Origin: Desulfovibrio sp.
GTDB taxonomy: Bacteria; Desulfobacterota; Desulfovibrionia; Desulfovibrionales; Desulfovibrionaceae
Direction: 5' to 3'
Assembly: GCF_018379785.1 (NCBI RefSeq)
Contig: NZ_JAGZUV010000011.1
Coordinates: forward strand, 17,788-81,787
Length of the DNA stretch: 64,000 bases
Position numbers and translations under genes: made by a program. Each line of letters begins with the position of its first letter. Position 1 is the first letter of the stretch. The notes under the pieces were generated by a model that was not told where the DNA came from, made no database searches, and was given only the letters and a program-made list of their open reading frames with translations. Of the stretch, positions 20,553 to 34,045 are shown piece after piece.

Positions 20553-21808
20553 TGCTCAGCATGCCGGAGCATATGGGCCTGATGATGACCTTCGGGGAAT
20601 ATGAGCCCAGACACGGCTTTGCGATCTGGTGTCTCGGCTTTGCCCTGCTGCTTTATCTGAGCCGGCGGCGAAAAACGCTTTTGCTGACTTTTTTCGGCGC
20701 CTGCGGCATTATTCTGCTTGTGCTCCTTTTGGGCATTGTTGGTGGCGGCGTTATTCTTTTTGACTTTGAGACAAGCCTGGGCAGAGCGGCTTGCTTCACG
20801 GCAATTTTCTTTTTGAGCGTATGGGCCTTCGGCAGAGCTTGGGCGCAAGAAAGCAAAACTCCTCCCGGCGACAGCCTGCCCTTGTGGGGGAAAACACTTC
20901 TCCTGCTTTCGGCCCTAGGCTGTTTCGTGTGGGGGGCAGGCATCTATGCCGCCGGAGATGTCCCCCTGGCAAATGCCTGTTACAATGCCGTTATCGCCAA
21001 CGATATGAAACAACTGCGCCAATGTCTTGCCCTGCGTGCCGCCATCAGGCGGCACCCGGACTACAAGGGGGACCACAGCGTCAGGGCTTTCATGCCGGAT
21101 ACCTATGCCGCTTTTCATGAAATTGTGGCCGAAGACCAGGAACTGACGCCCCTGCGTCTGGAAATGCTGCTTCTTTTGCTGCCGGAATTTACCACTTCCT
21201 TTCATGAGGGACATTTGCACCGTTTTTTCAGCCTGCCACCGTCGCCCTTGCGCCAACGTCTCCTTGCCGCCATTCTTGAACAGAATTCAATGATCACAAG
21301 AGTGTCGCTGCAAGAATACGACAATCTCGTGGCCCGGGGAGACAAAGCCGCGCTTGCTCTCCTGCTGAAGCACGACTGGAAACACAAATATTCAGATCAG
21401 GCGCATCCGTTCAACCTCTTGCAAAATACCCGCCCCTCTCCCCTGCGCACGGAAATTTTGCAAAATATTCTGCGCCGGGAAAGAGATGCCTATCTCAAGC
21501 CTGCGCGTCTGGCTTTTTTCGAAATGGAGAGCATGGATGCGGAAACATTCTGTATGCTGCGCAGAGATAGAGACACAGCGGCCCTGAGCACGCCCGAAGT
21601 AACAGCCTGGCTGCAACGCTACAAGGAAGTGCTGGCCGCTTCAGCTCTGGAGGAACTGCTCAGAGGGGCCCCGACGCCGGAGTGGGAGGATGAGCTGACA
21701 ACACGCCTGCCCGCTCTTACGGACGAGGAACAACGAAAGGTTCATGACAGAAAGGAATTGTACAGGGATACAGCGCGATTTGGGCTGGATTATTGCGCCC
21801 GGCCATGA
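20553..21808 (+). CDS. hypothetical protein, N-terminal 4-TM region + cytoplasmic domain
   Basis: AAGGAGGG RBS then ATG 20553; locally lower GC; no recognisable family. Confidence 0.45.
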
Positions 21809-21842
21809 CCCGTCATGAGCGCCATGCTCCGGTAGTTTCACG

Positions 21843-21890
21843 AAAAAGCGCCCCTGATCACTGAGGATCAGGGGCGCTTCGTATTTTTTC
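21843..21890. terminator. bidirectional rho-independent terminator between hypothetical gene and lon
   Basis: aaaaaGCGCCCCTGATCactgagGATCAGGGGCGCttcgtatttttt; A-run before and T-run after a 12-bp stem. Confidence 0.75.
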
Positions 21891-21905
21891 TCTTGCCTTG
21901 CGGCC

Positions 21906-24350
<2,445 letters not shown>

Positions 24351-24550
24351 AATCTCTCTCCCCGAAAGGCGTCAGCGGGCCGGGCCTCTTGGCCGCGGCC
24401 CGCGAAAGCCCGTTGCAACATATTCTCTTGAAATGCACAGCATTGCAAAGTTAAACCGCTCCGCAAAGATTTGTCTGCAAATCCTTGCCACGAAATGCGA
24501 GCAGGCGGGTTTGGCCGCCGTAAACGAGCATTTCAAGTCTTAAAAACGCG

Positions 24551-25840
24551 TTAGGATGCCTTGTCCGCGGACAAACGCTCTTCTTCACTCACGGCCTCGC
24601 CGCCGTCCCCATAAAGCAGCACCGGCTCCTTGCCCTTTTCGATCACCGCCCGGTTGATCAGGCATTCCTTGACGTTGGGCATGGACGGCAGCTTGAACAT
24701 GATGTCCAGCATGATCTTTTCCATGACGTTGCGCAGGCCGCGCGCGCCGGTTTTGCGCTCAATGGCCCTGGCCGCAATGGCCTTGAGGGCATTGGGCGTG
24801 AAACGCAGGGTCACATGGTCCAGCTCGAAGAGCTTCTGGTACTGGCGCACCAGGGCGTTCCTGGGCTCGGTGAGAATGCGCACCAGATCCGGCTCGTCCA
24901 GTTCGTCCACGTGGGTGATGATGGGAATGCGGCCCACGAATTCAGGAATCAGGCCGAACTGGACCAGATCCTGCGGATGGATTTTTTCCAGCAGTTCGGC
25001 CAGGGGCGTCTCCTTGCTGCTGCGCACCTTGGCGCCGAAGCCCATGGAACCGCCGCTCATGCGCGATTCCACAATCTTGTCCAGACCCACAAAAGCCCCG
25101 CCCACAATGAACAGGATATTGCCCGTGTTCATGCGGATGAATTCCTGTTGCGGGTGCTTGCGCCCGCCCTTGGGCGGAATGTTGGCCTCGGTGCCTTCAA
25201 TGATCTTCAACAGGGCCTGCTGCACGCCTTCACCGGACACGTCGCGGGTGATGGAGGGGCCGTCGCCCTTGCGCGAAATCTTGTCGATTTCGTCAATGTA
25301 GATGATGCCCTTACCGGCGGCCTCCAGGTCGTAATCCGCATTCTGGAGCAGCTGGACCAGGATGTTTTCCACATCCTCGCCCACATAGCCGGCCTCGGTC
25401 AGGGTGGTGGCGTCGGCAATGGCGAAAGGCACGCGCAGCACCTTGGCAAGGGTCTTGGCCAGCAGGGTTTTACCGCTGCCCGAGGGTCCCACCAGCAGGA
25501 TGTTGCTTTTTTCCAGCTCCACGTCGTGGCCCAGGGCGTCGGCATAGAACACGCGCTTGTAGTGGTTGTGCACGGCCACGGAAAGAATTTTCTTGGCCTC
25601 GTGCTGCCCGATGACGTATTCGTCCAGCCGGTCCTTGATTTCCTGGGGTGAAAGCAGGCGTTCGCCGCTGTCCGGGCTTTCCAGCTGGTCGCGGGCGATG
25701 ATCTCGTTGCAGGCCTTGACGCAGTTGTCGCAGATGCTTGCGCCGTCCTGCACGATGAGGTTGCGCACCTCCAGCTCGCTGCGGCCGCAGAAAGAGCAGC
25801 GCAACGGCTCGTTGACCGTGTTTTTTGTGGTATTGCCCAT
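24551..25840 (-). CDS. clpX: ATP-dependent Clp protease ATP-binding subunit ClpX
   Basis: 429 aa, N-terminal Zn-binding CSFCGRS...CDNC, Walker A GPSGSGKT. Confidence 0.95.
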   Translation of the reverse strand: MGNTTKNTVNEPLRCSFCGRSELEVRNLIVQDGASICDNCVKACNEIIARDQLESPDSGERLLSPQEIKDRLDEYVIGQHEAKKILSVAVHNHYKRVFYADALGHDVELEKSNILLVGPSGSGKTLLAKTLAKVLRVPFAIADATTLTEAGYVGEDVENILVQLLQNADYDLEAAGKGIIYIDEIDKISRKGDGPSITRDVSGEGVQQALLKIIEGTEANIPPKGGRKHPQQEFIRMNTGNILFIVGGAFVGLDKIVESRMSGGSMGFGAKVRSSKETPLAELLEKIHPQDLVQFGLIPEFVGRIPIITHVDELDEPDLVRILTEPRNALVRQYQKLFELDHVTLRFTPNALKAIAARAIERKTGARGLRNVMEKIMLDIMFKLPSMPNVKECLINRAVIEKGKEPVLLYGDGGEAVSEEERLSADKAS

Positions 25841-25843
25841 GGC

Positions 25844-26452
25844 TTATTCGCTCTTTTCCTGCGCCATCTCTCGGCGTGAGGCCAGCACGCGGTCGATGAT
25901 GCCGAGTTCCTTGGCTTCTTCAGGGGTCAAAAAGTTGTCGCGCTCCGTGGCCTTGACCACGTCCTCATAGGGCCGCTTGGTGTTCTCCGCCAGCATGCGG
26001 TTGAGCCGCTCCTTGAGGCGGAGCACCTCACGGGCGTGGATTTCGATATCCGTGGCCTGGCCCTGAAAACCGCCCGAAGGCTGGTGGATCATGATCTGAC
26101 TGTTGGGGAGTGCAAAACGCATGCCCGGCTCACCGGCGGCCAGCAGAAAAGCCCCCATGCTCGCCGCCCGGCCCATGCAGACCGTGGTGACCGGCGAGGT
26201 GATGTAGCGCATGGTGTCGTAGATGGCCAGACCGGCCGTCACCGACCCGCCGGGGGAATTGATGTACAGGTTGATTTCCTTTTCCGGATCCTGGGACTCC
26301 AGGAAAAGAAGCTGGGCGCAGATCAGCGACGCCACGGCGTCGTTGACCTCCGAGCCCAGAAGCACAATACGGTCCTTGAGCAACCGGGAATAAATATCAT
26401 AGGCCCGCTCGGAGCGGCCTGTGGTTTCAATGACCATGGGAACTAAAGACAT
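25844..26452 (-). CDS. clpP: ATP-dependent Clp protease proteolytic subunit ClpP
   Basis: 202 aa, ...[29 protein letters not shown]...catalytic [11 protein letters not shown]. Confidence 0.95.
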   Translation of the reverse strand: MSLVPMVIETTGRSERAYDIYSRLLKDRIVLLGSEVNDAVASLICAQLLFLESQDPEKEINLYINSPGGSVTAGLAIYDTMRYITSPVTTVCMGRAASMGAFLLAAGEPGMRFALPNSQIMIHQPSGGFQGQATDIEIHAREVLRLKERLNRMLAENTKRPYEDVVKATERDNFLTPEEAKELGIIDRVLASRREMAQEKSE

Positions 26453-26663
26453 ATATCCGCCTCACGGTTTCCGGCCCGCCGCAGGCGCGGGCCGTGAAAA
26501 CTGTAAAAGGCTGCTGACCATGTCAACAGCCCCGAAAACCGGAAGCGGGTCGCGGTTTCGCCGCGCCGCAGCGACCGATTTTCGTGCCTCTCCGCGCGGC
26601 GGCGCACGTCCGCCGCGCGGTGTTTGTCATCACGCGGAAGGCGGCCCTCAGGCCGCCTTTTCC

Positions 26664-28028
26664 TTACTTCGTTTCTTCCTTGGATTCGGCGGGGGCCTCC
26701 GCCGGAGCCTCGGCGTCGCCGTCTCCGGTCCGGGGCTCCTTGGGCTCCACTTCCGTCACCTTGGCCTTGGCGTAGATCCGGTCCATGGCCTTGTCGGCCA
26801 ACAGACGGTCACGCAGCACAAAGATCAGGCCGGAACGCTCATAGCTCTCGCGCAGAGCCTTGAAGTCCTCGCCGCTGCGCAGGCTTTCCTGATAAATATG
26901 GGTATTGACTTCCTGGTCTGAAACCTCCAGGCCCTCTTTTTTGGCGATGGAGAGCAGCAGCACCTGGATGCGCGCCAGTTCCTCGGCCTGCGGCAGCATT
27001 TCCTTGCGCAGTTCCTCGGGGCTCTTGCCCAGAGATTCCAGGCCCTTGCCCTGGCGTTCCAGGCGGGCCTTGAGGTCCGTCAGCAAGGTGCGCATCTGGA
27101 TGTCCAGCAGGCTTTCGGGCAGGGGAAAATCCACCATCTTCAGCAGCCGGTCCAGCATGGTTTTCTGGGTCGCGCTCTTGTTCAGATTTTCGCGGCTCTG
27201 GGTATAACTGCGGGTGATGGTTTCCTTGAGCTTGTCCACATTGTCCAGGCCCAGGCTTTTGGCCAGGTCGTCATTGAGCTCGGGCAGCTTGCGTTCCTTG
27301 ACCGCATGCACCTTGACCTTCATGGTCACGGTCTTGCCGGCCAGGTCCTTGGCGATGAAGTCGTCGGGGAAACGGATTTCGCCCTCGCCTTCCTGGCCGT
27401 AGGGGATGGTTTTGACCAGAGCCTCGAAATCCTCAAGGGCCTGGTGCTCGCCCAGAGCCAGGTCAAAATTCTCGGCCTTGACGCCCTCCAGGGGCTGGCC
27501 GTTCTCGTAAGCGGCGAAGTCAATGCTGGCGACCTGACCGTCCACGGCCGGACCCGCGCCGTCCACCGGCACAAGCTGGGCGCGGTCGCGCCGGATGCGC
27601 TCAATGACATCCGCCACTTCCTGCTCCTTGACCTCCACCTTTTCCTGCTCCACTTCCATGCCCTCGTAGGGGGGCAGATCAAACGTGGGCAGCACTTCAA
27701 ATTCAATGCTGTAGGCATAGCCCTTGCCCCGCTCCAGGGCCTCCGCGCCGTCCACATTAATGCCGGACAGGGGCTGCACATCCAGGTTCTGCATGACCTC
27801 GTTGATATGCACGTTGATCAGATCCTGGCGGGCCTCTTCGTAAATCTTGTCGCGGAAGCGCTGCTCAATGACCGAGGCGGGCACCTTGCCCTTGCGGAAA
27901 CCGTCCAGCTGCACGGAAGTTTTATACAGGGCCACGGCGCCCATGATGGCCGCTTCCACTTCCTGCGGTTCCGTGGTGATCACGATCTTTTTCTTGACCG
28001 GCGAAAGATCTTCAGCGCTGTATTCCAC
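26664..28028 (-). CDS. tig: trigger factor (start reassigned to GTG 28028 with AGGAG RBS; ORF 26664..28196 is over-extended)
   Basis: [24 protein letters not shown]... canonical trigger-factor N-terminus; acidic C-terminal tail. Confidence 0.9.
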   Translation of the reverse strand: MEYSAEDLSPVKKKIVITTEPQEVEAAIMGAVALYKTSVQLDGFRKGKVPASVIEQRFRDKIYEEARQDLINVHINEVMQNLDVQPLSGINVDGAEALERGKGYAYSIEFEVLPTFDLPPYEGMEVEQEKVEVKEQEVADVIERIRRDRAQLVPVDGAGPAVDGQVASIDFAAYENGQPLEGVKAENFDLALGEHQALEDFEALVKTIPYGQEGEGEIRFPDDFIAKDLAGKTVTMKVKVHAVKERKLPELNDDLAKSLGLDNVDKLKETITRSYTQSRENLNKSATQKTMLDRLLKMVDFPLPESLLDIQMRTLLTDLKARLERQGKGLESLGKSPEELRKEMLPQAEELARIQVLLLSIAKKEGLEVSDQEVNTHIYQESLRSGEDFKALRESYERSGLIFVLRDRLLADKAMDRIYAKAKVTEVEPKEPRTGDGDAEAPAEAPAESKEETK

Positions 28029-28379
28029 GTGGGGCTCCTTTCTGGTAATGGGGATGTTGGCGCGGGAATCGAGGCTTGAACCCACAGGCTTGCGGCGCCG
28101 GATCCAAACCGCCATTATTAAAATAACATACTGTAATTCTTCATCACCAGCCGTACGCCCGGAAACAGGAACGCCTGGCGCGTTCCGAAACCGCAACCCG
28201 CAACTGGCGGCAATCGCTCTTGATACCGTAACTTACGCCAAGATTCAAGACTTCGATAAGCATCCGCCGCCGTATCGTCAAGAGAAGTTCCGCTGCGGCG
28301 GCGCTTGCTCTGGCGGCGGGAGCCGACGCCCGCGCGGCGTCCACGTTAAAATTTGGATACAATTTCAAAGATCCTCCGT

Positions 28380-28562
28380 CTAGGCTCAGCCCTCATTAAA
28401 ACGCCGTCCGCGAAAAACTGAATTTTTTCGGGCAGCAAGGCGCAAAGGAGAAACCGGGCGAAGCTGTATTAAATATACCGCGAGGTCAATTTCTTTTTTG
28501 CAACGCAGCTGCACGGAAAAGGCGGCTTTGCAGCAGGCACTTTTAATGAGGACTGAGCCTAG
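28380..28562. repeat. 183-bp segment bounded by 22-bp inverted repeats CTAGGCTCAGCCCTCATTAAAA / TTTTAATGAGGACTGAGCCTAG; same 18-bp terminus also at 913..930
   Basis: Direct reading; 21/22 complementarity; the CTAG of each copy supplies/abuts the stop codon of smpB (914..916) and of the GT2 gene (28559..28561). Confidence 0.65.
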
Positions 28563-29476
28563 AATCTGCGGATGGAGCGGGAGACATCCAGGCGGGATGC
28601 AATACGCCGCAGAATGCGCGTGACTCCTTCCTCGCGCGCCGCCAACGCCATACGCGCATTCAGGCGCAAGGCGGCGGGCAGCAGCAGAAAGGCCAGCGCG
28701 CCCCATTGCCTTCGCCGGGCCAGTTCGCGAGCGAACAGACGGCGGAAGCCGCGCCCCATGCGGCGGAATTCCTCAAGGTAGCTGAAGAGTTCCACCTTGT
28801 GGTGCCAGCTTTTGGGGTGCAACCGCCAGCGGGTGAGTTTTTCCGGCACAAAAGCAAAGGGCGCGAGCGCGGCGAGCTGGGCCCAGACCCACCAGTCCAG
28901 CCAGCGCGGCACGGGCGTTTGCAGGGAGACGCGGCACAGCAGGCCGGTTCTGGCCATGGCGCAGGAAAAGGTGGGAATTTTGTTTTCCAGCAGAAAGGGG
29001 CGCACATCACAGTGCGCCGGGGCAAGCCGGGCATGCCAGCGCATGACGCGCGGCACATAGCCCTCAAACCAAGCGGTATCGGCTCCTGGCATGACAAAGG
29101 GCGCAATGTCGTTGCAGACCACGCCCGCGCCGTTCTTTTCCGCCGTTACCAGGCGTCGTTCCAGACAAAGAGGATGCCAGAGGTCGTCGGCCTCCAGAAA
29201 GGCCGTCCAACGGCCCCTTGCCTCGGCCAGGGCCAGAGCCAGGGCGGCGGGCAGGCCGTGATTCCTGCCGTCCGCATGGGTCAGCACGCGCACTCTGGAG
29301 TCGCGGGCGGCAAAGCTCCGGGCCACGGCCAAGGATTGATCCGTGGAGCCGTCCTCCACCAGCAGCAGCTCGAAATCCGCCATGCTCTGGCCCAGCGCGC
29401 CGCGCAGCGCTCCCGGCAGATAGCGGGCGTAGTTGTAGCTGGGCATGATGACCGTGACAGCGGGTGCGGGAAGCAT
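28559..29476 (-). CDS. family-2 glycosyltransferase (copy 1 of an inverted duplicated pair)
   Basis: MLPAPAVTVIMPSYNYARYLPGALRGALGQSMADFELLLVEDGSTDQS... GT2 DxD-type N-terminus; ~90% nt identity to 54036..54950. Confidence 0.85.
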   Translation of the reverse strand: MLPAPAVTVIMPSYNYARYLPGALRGALGQSMADFELLLVEDGSTDQSLAVARSFAARDSRVRVLTHADGRNHGLPAALALALAEARGRWTAFLEADDLWHPLCLERRLVTAEKNGAGVVCNDIAPFVMPGADTAWFEGYVPRVMRWHARLAPAHCDVRPFLLENKIPTFSCAMARTGLLCRVSLQTPVPRWLDWWVWAQLAALAPFAFVPEKLTRWRLHPKSWHHKVELFSYLEEFRRMGRGFRRLFARELARRRQWGALAFLLLPAALRLNARMALAAREEGVTRILRRIASRLDVSRSIRRF

Positions 29477-29512
29477 GGACCACCTCCGGAAAGGGATGGC
29501 GAACCGGGAACT

Positions 29513-30259
29513 TCAGGCTTTGCGGGCGCCGACGCGCGCCGGATTTGGTGCCGGACAAGACGGATCGTCCAGCAGGGCTTGCAGATGCCGCATGCTCCGC
29601 CAGTGGGCAAAGAGTATTTCCAGCAGGCCGTTTCGGGCCCAGCGGGACAGAGTGGCGTCGGGCAGGGCCATGACCTTGTCCCGTCCCGCCACACGCAGGC
29701 CGCTCACAGCGCGTTCTTTTCCGTCGGCGCGGATAGTGACGCTCTGCTCCGCCAGCACGCCGCTCAACCCCAGTTCGGCCAGGGCCTGTTCGTTGTCCCT
29801 GTGGCGCTGATGCTGGTTGCCCAGCGTGGCTGTGATGCGCCGCAAAAATTCCGAGGGTTCGCCGTCCTCGCCATAGAGCGGCAGGCCGTCCTTCCGGCGG
29901 AAGTGCGGGGCATCCTCGTCCACGGCCAGAACAACTCCCGGCAATTTCTCCTGTTCGGGGGAAGGCGCGGCAATCAGCGAAAAAGGATGGTTAGCCGCGT
30001 ACAGAGGCAGATAAGGAGCGGTCCAGCGGCCCCGGGCGTCCACGAATATATTTTTTCCGCCCAGGCCCAGCAGGGCATAGGGAATGGCTGACCCCGCGGC
30101 AGGAAAGGCTATGGCGAAGCAGCGGGACGCCTCCACGGCTTCAAAGCTCAGAAGGGGTATGCTGTTCATGGCCGAGGTGAAGGAATAGTCCTCCAGGGTG
30201 CCGAAGGTCAGGGCCGCATGCCTGGTCTTGCTGAGAGGAACGATGCGCGGCTGGGACAT
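29513..30259 (-). CDS. SapC-family protein (start at ATG 30259 within ORF 29513..30397)
   Basis: MSQPRIVPLSKTRHAALTFGTLEDYSFTSAMNSIPLLSFEAVEASRCFAIAF... matches the SapC pattern found next to type I secreted S-layer genes. Confidence 0.6.
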   Translation of the reverse strand: MSQPRIVPLSKTRHAALTFGTLEDYSFTSAMNSIPLLSFEAVEASRCFAIAFPAAGSAIPYALLGLGGKNIFVDARGRWTAPYLPLYAANHPFSLIAAPSPEQEKLPGVVLAVDEDAPHFRRKDGLPLYGEDGEPSEFLRRITATLGNQHQRHRDNEQALAELGLSGVLAEQSVTIRADGKERAVSGLRVAGRDKVMALPDATLSRWARNGLLEILFAHWRSMRHLQALLDDPSCPAPNPARVGARKA

Positions 30260-30417
30260 GGAATCTCCTGCGAGCAGCGAAAGTGCCGTTTTTGAGGACG
30301 CAAGGAATGAAAAAGAGCTGCCGCCCCGCCTGGCACAGCGACGACGGCAGCCCCGCTGTCGCGGCCGGGCTCCCGCCCAGCAGGGCGGGAGCGGCACGCG
30401 ACCTTCGAGTTGAAGGA

Positions 30418-33400
30418 TTAGGCGGCGATGATATCGCCGAGGGCGATGGAATTGTCCTCGCCGGTGCTGAGGGTGCCGAGCAGATTTACAGTGTCGCCGG
30501 CGTCAATCGTGCCGTCGGCCGAGGTGACCGAGAACACCCAGTAATTGCCGTCATCTGCGGCGGCGTCGGCGTTCTGGACAACCACGATGTTCTTGCCGGC
30601 GGTGAGGCCTGTAATGCCGTCAATACCGTAATGGGCATTCGTGGCGTCAATGACCTTGGCGGTGTCGAGCACTTTGCCGTCCAGTCCAAGGCCGGTGGCG
30701 TCGATTTTGTCGATGCCGGTCTGGAAGCCCAGGACGGTGTCGTCGTCGAACGCGCCGTTCACCACCAGGGTGTCGAAAGCGGTGTGGGACGAATTCACGT
30801 TCAGGGCGATGACGTCGTCGCCGGCAGTCAGATCAACAGTGTTCATGCTGGTGGTGCCGAGATCGGTACCGGCGACGTCAGCGGGAGTGCCCTTCACGAG
30901 GACGGTGTCGTCGCTGATATCTCCGCCCGCGGTGGCGCCGGTGATGGTGAAGGTATAGGTCCCGTCCGCGTTCTTCGCCCCGGCAACCGTCAGGCCGGTG
31001 TGGTCAGCCACCAATTCGGTCTGCATGGCGGTGGCCATGGCAGTTTCGTCGGCACCGCGCTCGAAAGTATAGGCTTTGCCGTTGTAAACGACCGTATAGT
31101 CGTCGGTAGCGGCTCCGGCACCAAAGTCCAGAGCAGCGGTGAGCGCCTGAACTTCAGGAGTGCCGCCAGTCCCCTGGGTCTGGATATCCAGCGCGCTGTC
31201 GACAGCCTCCACGCCGTTGACGGCCAGGTCGGAATCATTATTGCCGTTGGCATAAACGCCGTTAGCGCCGATCGTCACATTCGTGCCGGCGAAGTCCACA
31301 CTCAGATCAGTGGCAGCAAATGCACCGTCAACCAGGGATTCCACCAGCAGGGAGTGCCCCATGCCGTCCTTGGCCACCAGCAGAGCGCCCAAGGTCGGAT
31401 CCTCATTGATTGCCGCGATGATGGCGTGATTGACGTCATCCACGCTGATGCCTTTCTGGCCAGCGGCCACATCCAGCGTCACCTCGGAGGTGATGCCGTT
31501 GAATGTCACCGTAACGGTCACGGTGCCGGCAGTGGCCGAGGTGATTTCAAGGCCCACGGCATTAGTGGCCACGACTTCGTTCTGCAGGGGCTGCGCGCCG
31601 TCGGGACCGGCCTTTATGAAGGTTTCGGCCGTATTGTTGGCGCCGAACACGAAGACCGCATTCTGGTCGTGGGCGTTCTGCCCCACATAGACCTTGTCGT
31701 CGCCCACGCCGTCATTCACTTTCACCGCGCCGTTGCCCCAGAACCACACTTCGTCATTGCCCGCGCCCAGGTCGATGGACACATTGTTCAGGGCGATCTG
31801 GTTCAGTAGACGGCTGCCGGTAAGATTCTCAAAGGAGAAGTTCACCAGGTCGTTGCCGGCGTTGGTCTGGATGTCCAGCTTGAAGTCGCGGTCGGCGGCG
31901 ATGCCGGCGTTGACCTTCATGTTCAGGGTGTCGTCGTTTGTACCCAGATAGTAGCGGAAATCGCCGCTGGGAGCGTAGTTGCTGTACATGGTGTTCAGGC
32001 CGTCCACATCCGCCATATACTTGTCCAACGCTGTATCCGTGAGCTGCGCACCGATGTTCACCTTGCCGTTCATCTCGCTGGCATCGAAGACCTTGACGTT
32101 GGTCAGACCGTCGGTGCTCAGCAAGCGGGGCACGTTCATCCAGTGGGCGAGTTCCGCGTCGGTGGCGGGATTGACGCCCGTGTTGCCCAGAGCTTCAACA
32201 TCAAGCGGCGTGCCGATGAAAAGATTGCCGTCGTCGCCGGCGCCGTTCACCGCGCCGTTCTTCACCGTGACCAGACGCAGGGTGTCGTTGGTGGAGGACA
32301 GGCTGGACAGCCACGACCCCTTGTCCACGACCACGTCGAAGCGCTCCACGCCGCCGCGGCCCGCATTGGAGCCAATGACCAGATGGCCCGCTTCGCTGCC
32401 TAAGATGGAATCATCGGGCAGGCAGGGGCTGGCGTCATCCCACTGCACGCGGCCCACGTTGTCCAGCTCCACATTGGTCTGGATCAGGGGGCAGGTCGTC
32501 TGCGCGTCGTCGCTGAACGTGGCCGAAGTGGAGTTGGTCGGCGGAAGGCCGTTGGAGGCGATCCAGTTGCCGCCTTCCAGGGCCCCCTGATCGGAGGAGA
32601 TCACGATCTTGTTGCCCTGGACGGTTTCGCCTTTGTGATCGCCGATGCCCACCACGGCCGTGAACACATCGCCCTTGGTGACGGTCAGGCCCAGGCCGGA
32701 CAGTTCGGAATCGGCATCAATGGCGGCCTGCATCTGGGCGACCAGTTCGTCATAGGAGGGGGAATCGTCGGTGGTATGGTTGTACGCGCCGAAGTTCAGC
32801 GTGTACTCCTTGCCGTTGAGCGAGAACTTGAAGCCAGTGTATGGGTTGTCATACAGAGGATCAGCATGGCCGCCGTCAACCACGGGCAAAGCGCCCACCG
32901 TGTCGATGAGCTGCGCATACAGCGTGCCCGTGGTCTGGCTGTCCTCGCGCGCGAGGTGTTGCGCATCAAAGTAAACCGAGAAATCCACGCCGCCGGGATC
33001 AGTATTGGAGAAGCGGACCGTGGTTTCCGTGGATTTGTGGCGCACGTCCTCAACACTAAGGGAGCTGCGGCTGTTGTCCGAACCGAGGGTCAGCATCTGG
33101 CCATCGGCCAGGTGCACATTTTCGGCGTCGAAGTAGGCGTTGGTCAGATTGCCGCCCGTGCCGCCGGTAGCCTGCTGAACGTGGAAGAGAATGGTTTCCA
33201 CATTTTGGATTTCAGGCGAAATGACGTCGTCCGTCCTGCCGCTCTCGATGTCGGCATACAGGGTGTCGTGGCCGGCCTGGCCGTCAATGTAGTCACGGTC
33301 GTCAAGGGTTCCGACTTTGGCGTTGATATAGTCGTTGCCCGCAGTGCCCTGAATTTCGTCGTCGCCGGTGGTGAGCTGATAGGTGTTGCCGAGGGTGGCG

Positions 33401-33939
33401 GCGTTCACGGAGAGGCCCTCGGCCTTGCCGTACATTTCATAATGCTGGATGGGGTCAAGCCCGGCGTCCTGGAAGTCCTTCACCAGCATTTCCATGGTGT
33501 AGGCAGGGTCGCCCTTCTGCATCTCGGCCAACTTGGCATTCATGTACGCGGCAGTGTCAAAGCTCTGTGAAGGATTGTGGAAAACCCCCTTGGAGGCAAA
33601 GCTTTCGGCCCAGTACTGGTGGAAGTGCTCATACGGGCTCATGCCCGCCTGGTTCATGGCCACAAGCATGGAATTGGCATTCTGGCCGGTGATGTTGGTC
33701 CGTTCGTAGTAGTCCGCAGCCTTGTTGTACAGGTATTCGGAGCTGTCGAACCAGGAGCTGGCGCTCACGCCTTCAGCATTGCCGTAGTCCAGAAAATGCC
33801 TGTACAGGCCTTCCGCGTCCGTTGAATAGCCGGCGGCATCGAAAGCGGCTTTCAACTGCAGACTATCCCAACCTTCGCCCATCATCTGGAGCTTATTATT
33901 GAAATAGACATCTTTCTCAAACCAAGAAGGTACAGCCAT
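30418..33939 (-). CDS. giant secreted surface protein, paralog 1 (putative S-layer/array protein; T1SS substrate candidate)
   Basis: 1173 aa from MAVPSWFEKDVYFNNK...; three ~55-aa N-terminal repeats (WF..Y..NK..AG.S.YEHF..YG..EG), long Gly/Asp/Thr-rich beta-repeat body, no N-terminal signal peptide, C-terminus ...GFQTGIDKIDATGLGLDG... resembling T1SS C-terminal target domains; GGAGG RBS. Confidence 0.7.
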   Translation of the reverse strand: MAVPSWFEKDVYFNNKLQMMGEGWDSLQLKAAFDAAGYSTDAEGLYRHFLDYGNAEGVSASSWFDSSEYLYNKAADYYERTNITGQNANSMLVAMNQAGMSPYEHFHQYWAESFASKGVFHNPSQSFDTAAYMNAKLAEMQKGDPAYTMEMLVKDFQDAGLDPIQHYEMYGKAEGLSVNAATLGNTYQLTTGDDEIQGTAGNDYINAKVGTLDDRDYIDGQAGHDTLYADIESGRTDDVISPEIQNVETILFHVQQATGGTGGNLTNAYFDAENVHLADGQMLTLGSDNSRSSLSVEDVRHKSTETTVRFSNTDPGGVDFSVYFDAQHLAREDSQTTGTLYAQLIDTVGALPVVDGGHADPLYDNPYTGFKFSLNGKEYTLNFGAYNHTTDDSPSYDELVAQMQAAIDADSELSGLGLTVTKGDVFTAVVGIGDHKGETVQGNKIVISSDQGALEGGNWIASNGLPPTNSTSATFSDDAQTTCPLIQTNVELDNVGRVQWDDASPCLPDDSILGSEAGHLVIGSNAGRGGVERFDVVVDKGSWLSSLSSTNDTLRLVTVKNGAVNGAGDDGNLFIGTPLDVEALGNTGVNPATDAELAHWMNVPRLLSTDGLTNVKVFDASEMNGKVNIGAQLTDTALDKYMADVDGLNTMYSNYAPSGDFRYYLGTNDDTLNMKVNAGIAADRDFKLDIQTNAGNDLVNFSFENLTGSRLLNQIALNNVSIDLGAGNDEVWFWGNGAVKVNDGVGDDKVYVGQNAHDQNAVFVFGANNTAETFIKAGPDGAQPLQNEVVATNAVGLEITSATAGTVTVTVTFNGITSEVTLDVAAGQKGISVDDVNHAIIAAINEDPTLGALLVAKDGMGHSLLVESLVDGAFAATDLSVDFAGTNVTIGANGVYANGNNDSDLAVNGVEAVDSALDIQTQGTGGTPEVQALTAALDFGAGAATDDYTVVYNGKAYTFERGADETAMATAMQTELVADHTGLTVAGAKNADGTYTFTITGATAGGDISDDTVLVKGTPADVAGTDLGTTSMNTVDLTAGDDVIALNVNSSHTAFDTLVVNGAFDDDTVLGFQTGIDKIDATGLGLDGKVLDTAKVIDATNAHYGIDGITGLTAGKNIVVVQNADAAADDGNYWVFSVTSADGTIDAGDTVNLLGTLSTGEDNSIALGDIIAA

Positions 33940-34045
33940 GGATTCCTCCAAAATAAAGTTTTACTGTTTGCACCAGTTGCTGACGTGCTCCATAAAAAGA
34001 GGTCCCTTCACGCACCCTTCTCCACGCCTTCCAATCACGTGAAAA

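Noticed and set aside
24351-24550. Heat-shock (sigma32) promoter upstream of lon
   Set aside because: A CTTGAAA-like hexamer is present on the wrong strand and no CCCCATNT partner was found; cannot support a call
28040-28110. tRNA-like fragment (gggaatcgaggcttgaaccc) upstream of tig, considered as a possible att-site remnant for the island
   Set aside because: Could not fold a consistent T-arm/acceptor stem; similarity to tRNA 3' half is superficial
28029-28196. N-terminal 56-aa extension of the trigger factor ORF
   Set aside because: Conserved Tig N-terminus starts at GTG 28028 with an AGGAG RBS; upstream residues are non-conserved
33940-33951. MEES N-terminal extension of giant paralog 1
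   Set aside because: Paralog 2 and RBS position indicate start at MAVPSWFE (33939); the upstream ATG lies inside the RBS
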